From contig VGRF01000001.1 of assembly GCA_016875395.1 (NCBI GenBank), positions 95,921 through 159,920 on the forward strand: DNA of 64,000 nt. The letters are read 5' to 3'. This document shows, piece after piece, positions 38,680-46,952 of the stretch. Position numbers and translations under genes: made by a program. Position 1 is the stretch's first letter. Every line of letters begins with the position of its first letter. The stretch comes from Deltaproteobacteria bacterium (GTDB lineage Bacteria; Myxococcota_A; UBA9160; UBA6930). Under the pieces are notes generated by a model. The model saw only the letters and a program-made list of their open reading frames with translations, searched no databases and had not been told where the DNA came from.

Positions 38680-40119
38680 ATGGGTACATTCGCCAAACCG
38701 GGGCGAGGGTCTGTGCAAAAGCGCATCTACGGCGTCGAGACCGAGTACGGAATCATCTTCACGCCCGAGGGGCGGAAGACGCTGCCCGTCGAGAAGGCGA
38801 TCCGCTTCCTGTTCGAGAAGCTGATCACCACCGAGCACTTCCTCAACGTCTTCCTCGAGAACGGCGCGCGCTTCTACCAGGACACTGGCTGCCACCCCGA
38901 ATACGCGACGCCCGAGTGCGCGTCGCCGCGCCAGCTGATCGTGTACGACAAGGCCGGCGAGCGCATTCTCGAAGAGCTGCAGGACTACGCCGAAGAAAAG
39001 ATCCGCGAGGAGCGCATCGCGGGGAAGCTCTCCATCTTCAAGAACAACACCGACTTCGTCGGCAACAGCTACGGCTGCCACGAGAACTACCTCGTCGACC
39101 GCGACGTCGACTTCTACTACCTCGCCGAGCAGCTGATCCCGTTCCTCGTGACGCGCCAGATCTACGCCGGCGCGGGCAAGGTGTTCCAGACGCAGGAAGG
39201 CGTGCATTACTGCGTCAGCCAGCGCGCGCAGCACATCTATCAGAAGATCAGCGGCACCACGACGAACGACCGCTCGATCATCAACACGCGCGACGAGCCC
39301 CACGCCGACCGCGAAAAGTTCCGCCGCCTGCACGTGATCGTGGGCGACTCGAACATGTCGGAGTACACGAACTTCCTGAAGATCGGCGCGTGCGCCGTCG
39401 TGCTCCAGATGATCGAGGACAACTACATCAACAAGGACTTCACCCTGCGCAATCCGGTGAAGGCCATCAAGGACATCTCGTACGACACGACTTGCAAGCG
39501 CAAGCTGCGCCTCGACAACGGGCGCGAGTATTCGCCGATCGAGATTCAGCGCGAGTACTGCGAGATGGCGCAGAAGTACGTCGAGCAATACCCGGTCTCC
39601 GACGAGCTGAAGCAGTCGGTCGTGATGTGGCAGCACGTGCTCGACTGCCTCGACACCGACCCCGACAAGCTCGATCGCCAGATCGACTGGGTGATCAAGC
39701 GGCGCCTGATCGAGAACTGGATCCAGGGCCACGACTCGCGCTGGAGCGATCCGCGCGTGTTCATGCTCGATCTGCAGTACCACGATCTGCGCATGAACCG
39801 CGGGCTCTACTACTTGTTGGAGCGCAAGGGCGCGGTGGAGCGAATTCTCACCGACGAAGAAGTGGACAAGGCGAAGACCGAGCCGCCGCCGGATACGCGC
39901 GCGAAGATGCGAGGCGAGTTCATCAAGCTCGCGCGCCAGAACGGGATCCAATACGACCTCGACTGGTCGAACATCCGCCTCGGCAACCTGCTGAACGTGC
40001 GCGTGATCTGTAACAACCCGTTCGAGACGGATACCGAGAAGGTCGCCGAGCTCGTGCGCACGATTCAGAAGACGAACCTCAGGAAGACATCGTTGAGCAA
40101 GCTCGTGATTCAGAGCTGA
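38680..40119 (+). CDS. pafA: Pup--protein ligase PafA
   Basis: RIYGVETEYGI, GCHPEYATPEC, GNSYGCHENYLV, CVSQRAQHI, INTRDEPHAD and DWVIKRRL parallel mycobacterial PafA. The exact start is uncertain (ATG 38680). Confidence 0.9.
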   Translation: MGTFAKPGRGSVQKRIYGVETEYGIIFTPEGRKTLPVEKAIRFLFEKLITTEHFLNVFLENGARFYQDTGCHPEYATPECASPRQLIVYDKAGERILEELQDYAEEKIREERIAGKLSIFKNNTDFVGNSYGCHENYLVDRDVDFYYLAEQLIPFLVTRQIYAGAGKVFQTQEGVHYCVSQRAQHIYQKISGTTTNDRSIINTRDEPHADREKFRRLHVIVGDSNMSEYTNFLKIGACAVVLQMIEDNYINKDFTLRNPVKAIKDISYDTTCKRKLRLDNGREYSPIEIQREYCEMAQKYVEQYPVSDELKQSVVMWQHVLDCLDTDPDKLDRQIDWVIKRRLIENWIQGHDSRWSDPRVFMLDLQYHDLRMNRGLYYLLERKGAVERILTDEEVDKAKTEPPPDTRAKMRGEFIKLARQNGIQYDLDWSNIRLGNLLNVRVICNNPFETDTEKVAELVRTIQKTNLRKTSLSKLVIQS

Positions 40120-40158
40120 TGCGCGATTCCGAGTACTGACGGTCTTCGAGGTTCGCTT

Positions 40159-40280
40159 TTCTCCTCGTTGACTCCGCAAACCGCTCCGCGGACTCCGCGG
40201 TTTGCTGCGCGCTTCGCTTGCGGCCTCGGCCGACTCGCTTGGGAGTAGCGTTCGGCTTCGGGGTTGATCTGGCGGCTCGG
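40159..40280 (+). repeat. R2 copy c: structured 3'-flank repeat
   Basis: TTGACTCCG, hairpin CAAACCGC[TCCGCGGACTCC]GCGGTTTG (40177-40204), then CTGCGCGCTTCGCTTGCGGCCTCGGCCGAC..GCTTGGGAGTAGCGTTCGG..GATCTGGCGGCTCGG. Begins 40 nt after the pafA stop. Confidence 0.8.
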
Positions 40281-40600
40281 CGAACGCGTCGCGCGGTTGA
40301 AAGACTCACCGAGGCGGGCATCCATTGCAGCGGCTCCGCCGTTGCATCGAAGCGGAGTTGGTCGCGCGCATCACGCGTACGCAAGTTGCGTGCATCGCTT
40401 GCGCATGCGCGGTTGCGCTCCGACGGAGCGTGGCGGCTGGCTGCGTGATGGCTCGCACCGACGGAGTGCGTGAGCGGGCGCGGGTCGCAGTGGGGCGGCA
40501 GAAAAGTCGCGCTGAGCGAGCAGCGAGCGCTCAACTCGCGGCGCATCGCGCCGATACGGAACGAGGCCGGAGCGCTGCGCCTTCACTCCGAGAGGATTTC

Positions 40601-41635
40601 ATGCTCGACTCGCTGATGGGGTGGCTCTCGAACGATCTCGCCATCGATCTCGGCACGGCGAACACGCTCGTGTACGCGAAGGGCAAAGGTCTCATCTGTT
40701 CGGAGCCGTCCGTGGTGGCGGTGACGTCGGATCCGACGGGGCGCGGCGACAAGGTGCTCGCGGTCGGCCACGAAGCGAAGGAGATGCTCGGGCGCACGCC
40801 GGGCTCGATTCGCGCGGTGCGCCCGATCAAGGACGGCGTGATCGCCGACTTCGAGATCACCGAAGCGATGCTCCGCTACTTCATCGCGCGCGCCAACAAC
40901 AAGCGCCGCCTGGCGCGCCCGCGCATCGTGATCTGCGTGCCGCCCTGCATCACCAGCGTCGAGAAGCGCGCCGTGCGCGAGTCCGCGATGTCGGCCGGCG
41001 CGCGCGAAGTGTTCTTGATCGAGGAGCCGATGGCCGCGGCGATCGGCGCCGGCCTCGACGTGACCGCACCTACGGGCAACATGGTCGTCGACATCGGCGG
41101 CGGCACCACGGACGTCGCCGTGATCTCGCTCTCCGGCATCGTCTGCTCGCGCTCGATCCGCTGCGGCGGCGACGCGATGGACGAGGCCGTCATCAACTAC
41201 GTGAAGCGCAAGTACAACATGCTGATCGGCGAGCGCACCGCGGAGTCGGTGAAGATGGCGATCGGCACCGCTTCGCCGACGGCGAAGACCGAGACGATGG
41301 AGATCAAGGGCCGCGACCTCGTCGCCGGCATCCCGAAGGTCGTCGTCACCACCAGCGAAGAGATCCGCGAGGCGCTGCAGGAGCCGCTCGCGCAGATCGT
41401 CGAGACCGTGCACCTCACGCTCGAGCGCACGCCCCCGGAGCTCGCGGCCGACATCGTCGATCGCGGCATCATGCTCGTCGGCGGCGGCTCGATGCTGAAG
41501 GATCTCGACACCGTGCTGCGCCAGGAGACGAAGCTGCCGATTCTGCGCAGCGAGGATCCGTTCACGGCGGTCGTCTACGGCGCTGGCAGAGCGCTGGACA
41601 ACCTGGATCTGCTGAAAGAGGTCGCGATTCCGTAG
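40601..41635 (+). CDS. mreB: Rod-shape-determining actin homologue MreB
   Basis: The real start is ATG 40601, after GAGAGG. Motifs: DLGTANTLVY, IEEPMAAAIGAGL, VVDIGGGTTDVAVISL, GIMLVGGGSML. Confidence 0.95.
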   Translation: MLDSLMGWLSNDLAIDLGTANTLVYAKGKGLICSEPSVVAVTSDPTGRGDKVLAVGHEAKEMLGRTPGSIRAVRPIKDGVIADFEITEAMLRYFIARANNKRRLARPRIVICVPPCITSVEKRAVRESAMSAGAREVFLIEEPMAAAIGAGLDVTAPTGNMVVDIGGGTTDVAVISLSGIVCSRSIRCGGDAMDEAVINYVKRKYNMLIGERTAESVKMAIGTASPTAKTETMEIKGRDLVAGIPKVVVTTSEEIREALQEPLAQIVETVHLTLERTPPELAADIVDRGIMLVGGGSMLKDLDTVLRQETKLPILRSEDPFTAVVYGAGRALDNLDLLKEVAIP

Positions 41636-41914
41636 GCGCGTGTGACCCCGGGCGGGGACTGCCTCGTCCAGATTCCCCGTGCTTCGCCCGCCTCCGCGCC
41701 CTCCGGCCCGCTGCGCGCCGAGTTACGCATCAGGCTCTCGCCTGCGCGGCGCTCGCGGCTTGCTGCACACACCCTGCTCCGCGCCGAACTGATCTGGTTC
41801 CGCAACGACGACGCGGGTGCGCACGACGAGGTCCTCGCGTACACCGCCGGCCGGCGCACGCTCAGAGGCGCGATCCCGTTGCGTCGTGATACTAATGCCG
41901 CCGGGAGGTCGACC

Positions 41915-43166
41915 ATGACGACCGGTGCCGAGGGCTCTGCTCTCCCGTGGGTCGAGGCCATCGCCCGTTCCTTCGAGCCGATTGCGTTCGACGCCTTCCA
42001 CCGCGATCGGCTGCCCGCGCTCGTCGCGCGCCACGGCTCCCTCGTCGCTCGGGACCTCGACGGCGCCGCCCCGCTCGCGTTTCGCGTCGGCTCTGGCGCG
42101 GCGTACACCTGGTTGCCGTCGCCCGATGGTCTGCGCGTCGCCGTCGGCGATGCGGCCGCCGAGACCGTCGTCGCGCTCGACGAGCGAGTCTTCTCGGAGT
42201 TCGTCCACCAGCTGGTCACGGCCTCGGGTGCCGTCATGACAGGGCGCGCGTCGCTCGTGCGCGGGAGCCTGGCGGGCTGGCAGCGCTTCGAGCCCGCGCT
42301 CCAGTCGCTGTGCGAGGGGCGCGAGATCTACGGCCCTCGCGTCTGGGAGACCCTCGTCGACCGCGACGGCAAGCCGCTCGACCTGCGCCGCCGCTTCTCG
42401 GTCGACGACGACCGCGAGGAGCTGCGCCACTTCTTCGAGGTGGCGGGCTATCTGCATCTGCGCGCCGTGTTCCGCCCCGACGAGGTCGAGCGATTCGGGC
42501 GCGAGGTCGAGCACGCGAGGTCGAAGACGACACCGGGGGATCCGTTCTCGTGGTGGTCCGTCGACGCGAGCGGGCGCGAGGTGGTGACGCGAATCAACTA
42601 CCTGGGCCGGCACTCGCCCGAGCTCCAGGCACTCTCCCACGATCCGCGGCTGGCGCGTTTTGCGCGGCTCGCCGGCGAGACGCTCCGCGTCTGCGACGAC
42701 CGGCTCGATGGGCCGATGGTCTTCATCAAGAACTCGAACGTCGTCAAAGGCAACGGCGATCTCGGCTGGCACGTGGACGATGGAATCGGGGGCCACCAGG
42801 TGATGTGCCCGCTGATCCAGGCAGGCATCCAGCTCGATCGCGCCAATCCCGAGAACGGCCAGCTCAAGGTGCTCGCCGGCTCCCATCGCTACTCGAAGCA
42901 TTGGATCGGCTGGGGCGAGGAAGGCAACTTGCCGGACGTCGCTCTCGAGACCGAGCCCGGCGACCTCACGCTCCACTTCGGCGATGCCATGCACGCACAC
43001 GACGCCGCCAACGACCGGACCGGACGCCGGTCGGCGAGCGCTCTACTACAAGTTCGCCGAGCCGAAGACCTTCGATTGGATTCCGGCAGCCTGTCACTAC
43101 AACGACGCGCTCTTCCGGCCGGACGCCAGCGGCCGGACGGCGAGTCGAGCCGCGACAGAAAACTGA
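41915..43166 (+). pseudogene. Phytanoyl-CoA dioxygenase (PhyH)-family Fe(II)/2OG oxygenase with an apparent +1 frameshift near 42995
   Basis: ATG 41915 follows GGGAGG. GWHVDDG (His/Asp facial triad) and LTLHFGDAMH in one frame continue as TTPPTTGPDAGRRALYYKF.. in the next frame (track ORF 42984..43166). The 555-aa track ORF runs on in the wrong frame. Confidence 0.7.
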
Positions 43167-43241
43167 CCCGCGAACGAGGCGATCGCGGCCTCCCGTCGCT
43201 CTCCGTCCGCACGGCGCGTAGCGCGGCGAGAGAACGCGCCC

Positions 43242-44255
43242 TCAACGCCTCTCGCGCCTCAGCTGCCAGCGGTTCACGGCGTTCACGTGGTCGCGGTAGT
43301 TCGTCGTGAACTCGTGCGTGCCGTCGCCGCGCGCAACGAAGAAGAGGAACTCGACGCCGGGTGTCGGCTCCACCGCGGCGCGCAGTGAGGCGAGGCCGGG
43401 GTTGGCGATCGGGCCCGGGGGCAGCGCGGGGATGCGGTAGGTGTTGTACGGGTTGGTTTCGTCTTCGAGGTGGATGCGGCGCAGGTTGCCGTCGAAGTTC
43501 GGGATGCCGTAGATCACCGACGGGTCGGTCTCGAGACGCATGCGCTTGCCGAGTCGGTTGTGGAAGACGGCGGAGATCAGCGGGCGCTCCTCGGGCGCGC
43601 CCGTCTCCTTCTCGATCAGCGAGGCGAGGATCACGACGTCGCGCTTCGCCATGCCGCGCTTCTGAGCGAGCGGCGCGACTTCAGCCCAGGCGCGATCGAA
43701 CTGCGCGAGCTGCGCCTCGATCACTTCGCGCGCGCCGGCGCCGCGCGGGAAGCGATAGGTCTCGGGAAACAGGAAGCCCTCGAGCGTGTCGCCGGGCACG
43801 CCGTGTTCTTTCGCGACCGCCGGGTCGCGCGCGAGCGTGGCGTAGTCGCTCGCTGAACCGAAGCCTGCGTCGGCGACGCGCTGCGCGATCTCGACGAGCG
43901 TGAGGCCCTCGGGGATCGCGACGCCGTGCAGGCGCACACGGCCCGAGACGAGCAGGTCGAGCACCGCGCGCGCGTCGAGCCCGGGCTCGATCTGGTACTC
44001 GCCGACCTTGAGCGCGCCGTCTTTCTTCTCGATGCGCGCGAGCCAGCCGAACGCGCGCGCGTCGCGGATCACGCCCTGCGCTTCGAGCTGCGCGGCGACG
44101 GAGCGAAACGAGGCGCCGCTCGGCACCTCGACGATCGCGGCTTCGCTGCGCCCCGGCGCGCGGAGGGACTCGCGCCACCAGCGCTGCGCGACGACGACAG
44201 CGAGCGCAGCGCCGAGCAGCACGAGCAGCGCCAGTGCGGCGAGCGCGCGCTTCAC
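43242..44255 (-). CDS. mltG: Endolytic murein transglycosylase MltG (YceG-like)
   Basis: N-terminal TM helix, EGFLFPETYRF, NTYRIPALPPGPIANPG. Confidence 0.9.
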   Translation of the reverse strand: MKRALAALALLVLLGAALAVVVAQRWWRESLRAPGRSEAAIVEVPSGASFRSVAAQLEAQGVIRDARAFGWLARIEKKDGALKVGEYQIEPGLDARAVLDLLVSGRVRLHGVAIPEGLTLVEIAQRVADAGFGSASDYATLARDPAVAKEHGVPGDTLEGFLFPETYRFPRGAGAREVIEAQLAQFDRAWAEVAPLAQKRGMAKRDVVILASLIEKETGAPEERPLISAVFHNRLGKRMRLETDPSVIYGIPNFDGNLRRIHLEDETNPYNTYRIPALPPGPIANPGLASLRAAVEPTPGVEFLFFVARGDGTHEFTTNYRDHVNAVNRWQLRRERR

Positions 44256-44695
44256 GAGCGAGGCTCGTCGCGCTTCGGCTGCGCCCCGCCGCGCTCCAGA
44301 AAGCTCCGCAGCAAGAGCGTCGCCGCGATCGCGTCGACCTCGCCGCGCTCGCGCTTCTTGCTCGTGCGTCCCATCTCACCGAGCGCGCGCTCGGCTTCGC
44401 GCGAAGTCCAGCGCTCGTCCTGAAGCTCGACGCGCACGCCAGTTTTTTTCGCGAGCTCGGCCGCGAAGCGCTGCGCCGCCTCCGCCTCGGGCCCGCGGCG
44501 CCCGTTCATGTGGATGGGCAGGCCGACGACCACGCACTCGGCGCCGCGCTCCTTCACGAGCGCGGCGATCGCAGCGACGTCCTTCGCCGCGCCGCGGCTC
44601 TCGACCGCGCCGGCGGGGAACGCGATGCGCGCGTCGGGATCGGAGACCGCGAGGCCGATTCGCTTCGAGCCGAGGTCGATGCCGAGCACGACCAC
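44252..44695 (-). CDS. ruvX: YqgF/RuvX putative pre-16S rRNA nuclease / resolvase-like protein
   Basis: VLGIDLGSKRIGLAVSD, an RNase H-like fold, 147 aa. Overlaps mltG by 4 nt. Confidence 0.9.
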   Translation of the reverse strand: MVVLGIDLGSKRIGLAVSDPDARIAFPAGAVESRGAAKDVAAIAALVKERGAECVVVGLPIHMNGRRGPEAEAAQRFAAELAKKTGVRVELQDERWTSREAERALGEMGRTSKKRERGEVDAIAATLLLRSFLERGGAQPKRDEPRS

Positions 44696-44700
44696 GGCGG

Positions 44701-46284
44701 TCAGCGCTGCGCGCTGCGCGCGACCGCCTCGGCGCGGCGATCGAGCGCGCGCTGAGCGGCCTTGCGCAGCGGCTCGTCGCGCGACTGCAGTGCCTCGGCC
44801 AGCAGCGTGACGGCCTGGTCGCCGGGCACGCTGGAGAGCGCCGTCGCCGCGGCCACCTTCACGTCTTTCAGCCAGCGCCCCGTGAGGCCCGCCTTGCGGT
44901 GCATCAGCGAGCCGAAGATCACGTTCGCTTCGGGCCGCCCGAGGCGGCCGAGCGCGCGCACGATCTCCTTCGCCAGCTCGATGTCCTTCGTTTCGAGCGC
45001 GCGCTCGAGCGCGTGGCCGAGCGGCGCCACCGCTTTCGGGCTCGCGGTTCCGGCGAGGTGCTGCACCGAAGAGATCACGACGCTGCGCTCGCTGCGCAGG
45101 CCGCGCGCGAGGCCCGCCACCGCGTCCTCCGTGCCGATGCGCACGAGCGCGCGCGCAGCCTCCTCGCGCAGCACCGGATCAGCGCCGACCGCGAGGTCCG
45201 AGAGGCGCGGCACGGCGGCGGGATGCTGCAGCATGCCGAGCACGTGCGCGGCGCTGCGCGCGATCGCGGTATCGGGGCGATCGAGGCGATTCAACAGCTC
45301 CGGGGCAGCGCGCTCGCCGAGCGCGAGCAGCAACGGAATGATGCGCTCGCGCTGAATCGGCTCGGGGTAGGCGGGCATGCGATCGAGCACCGCCGCGGCC
45401 GCGGGCTCGCCCACGAGCGCGATGACCTGCGCGGCGCGCACCTGCTCGGTTCCGCTGCCGCGTGCGGTGCGCTCCAGCAAGTCGCTCAGCGCTGGCCCCA
45501 TCACGAGCGGCGTGAGGAAGCCGCGCGCGCTCTCGCTGAGGCGCTGCTCCTTCGTCTCCACGTGCTCGGCGAGCACGCCGATCAGGCGAAACATCACGTC
45601 CGCGTCGCGCGCGCGCTCGGCTTCCGTGACCGCGCGGCGCATGCCGTCGATGTAGGAGCTCGGGCTCGCGCACTCGTCGAGCTCGCTCAGCAGCTCGTCG
45701 AGCGGCGAGAGCGCCGGCTCGTTGCCGAGCGGCTCGGTGTCCGAATCGGGATCCGCGAGCGCCTGCGGCTGCGGCGGCGGGGCCGCCGCCTGCGCCACCG
45801 GCGAGACGTGCGGCGGTGTCTCCGCTGCGGCGGGTGCTTCCGGCTCCGCGGCGATGCCGATCGGCACCCACGCGCGCAGGCGCTCGACGAACGCGTCGCC
45901 GCGCAGCCCGCGCGCGTTCGCGTCGGTCAGCAGGTGGGCGAAGCCTGCGAGCGCGTCGCCGTCCATCTCGGGGTCGAAGCGCAGCACGCGGAGCTGGCGC
46001 AGGCGGAGCTCGCCGAGGATCTCGCTGAGGCGATCGTGCTTCAGCAACCCGCTCGCGCCTTCCTCGCGGAAGCCGTCGGCCTCGATTTGCAGCGCGAGGG
46101 GGCCCGTGCGGGCGAGGTCGCTGCGCCAAGTGCGCAGGCAGCGCTCGAATGCGGCGGTGAGCTTCGGGTCGCCCGGCACGAGCAGCGTGCGCGCCTTCAC
46201 GATGCTCGCGAGCTCGAGCAGCAGCACCGCGAGCTCGGGCGCAGTTCGGCCCGCAGATGCGGCGGCGCTCGCTGTGCGCGTCAT
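44701..46284 (-). CDS. HEAT-repeat protein (527 aa), function unknown
   Basis: The C-terminal half has repeated ..A(V/A)P.L...L...D..(V/L)R..AA.AL..(I/L)G units (HEAT/PBS-lyase-like). Pro/Ala-rich central linker. First gene of the ruvX-mltG operon. Confidence 0.65.
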   Translation of the reverse strand: MTRTASAAASAGRTAPELAVLLLELASIVKARTLLVPGDPKLTAAFERCLRTWRSDLARTGPLALQIEADGFREEGASGLLKHDRLSEILGELRLRQLRVLRFDPEMDGDALAGFAHLLTDANARGLRGDAFVERLRAWVPIGIAAEPEAPAAAETPPHVSPVAQAAAPPPQPQALADPDSDTEPLGNEPALSPLDELLSELDECASPSSYIDGMRRAVTEAERARDADVMFRLIGVLAEHVETKEQRLSESARGFLTPLVMGPALSDLLERTARGSGTEQVRAAQVIALVGEPAAAAVLDRMPAYPEPIQRERIIPLLLALGERAAPELLNRLDRPDTAIARSAAHVLGMLQHPAAVPRLSDLAVGADPVLREEAARALVRIGTEDAVAGLARGLRSERSVVISSVQHLAGTASPKAVAPLGHALERALETKDIELAKEIVRALGRLGRPEANVIFGSLMHRKAGLTGRWLKDVKVAAATALSSVPGDQAVTLLAEALQSRDEPLRKAAQRALDRRAEAVARSAQR

Positions 46285-46343
46285 CGTTCCCCCCGAAACG
46301 TCGCGAAGCCGCGCGCATTCTGACGCGAGATTGCGACGCGCGC

Positions 46344-46952
46344 TTGACGCATCGCTTCTCCGTCGGAGAAACTCGCGCGATCGAGTTCCCCCACTCGGTC
46401 TCCCCGAAAATCCTCCGCGGTCCCGAAGCGGAGTCCATCATCGAAACGAAAAGTGGAGATCGCCCGGCGCAGCCCCGGGCGTTCGTTGCGCTCGCGCTCG
46501 CGACGGGGCTCGGCATCGGCTTCGCGCCGTTCGCGCCGGGAACTTTCGGCTCGCTGCTGGCTGCAGCGATTTTCGTGTTACTTTCGCAGTCGATCTGGGG
46601 CGTGATCGGCGTGTGGGGGGCGAGCGTGGGGCTCGGAGTCTGGGCGGCCGGCGAGGCGCAGCGCGCATTCGGGCGCGAGGACGACTCGCGCATCGTGATC
46701 GACGAGATCGCGGGCCAGCTGCTCGCGCTCGCGCCGCTGCTCGCGTTGCCCGCAGCGAGCCGCGGAAATTTCTTCGCGCTTGTGACCGCATTCGTCGCAT
46801 TCAGGCTGTTCGATATCTGGAAACCGGGGCCGGTCGGCGCCGCAGAGAAACGATTCCAAGGAGGGCTCGGCGTGATGGCGGACGATCTCGTCGCAGGCGC
46901 GCTCGCGGCTGCGGTCGTAGCCGCGCTGGTCGCGGGCGGGGTGCTCGCGTGA
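46344..46952 (+). CDS. pgpA: Phosphatidylglycerophosphatase A
   Basis: GLGIGFAPFAPGTFGS, IVIDEIAGQL, FRLFDIWKPGP, GGLGVMADDLVAG. The start is uncertain: TTG 46344 is proposed because ATG 46257 of the track ORF would overlap the divergent HEAT gene. Confidence 0.75.
   Translation: MTHRFSVGETRAIEFPHSVSPKILRGPEAESIIETKSGDRPAQPRAFVALALATGLGIGFAPFAPGTFGSLLAAAIFVLLSQSIWGVIGVWGASVGLGVWAAGEAQRAFGREDDSRIVIDEIAGQLLALAPLLALPAASRGNFFALVTAFVAFRLFDIWKPGPVGAAEKRFQGGLGVMADDLVAGALAAAVVAALVAGGVLA

Noticed and set aside
35102-40179. Very long antisense ORFs opposite the proteasome genes (35102..37807 -, 901 aa; 37717..40179 -, 820 aa). Similar giants lie opposite ftsK (29279..31705 -), mpa (32684..34900 -), alaS (52108..54525 -), cinA/HEAT (45179..48148 -) and the ECF module (24939..27092 -).
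   Set aside because: Their translations are Arg/Ala/His/Asp-rich low-complexity sequence without motifs. They mirror strongly supported genes on the other strand. Stop-poor shadow frames are expected at about 70% GC.
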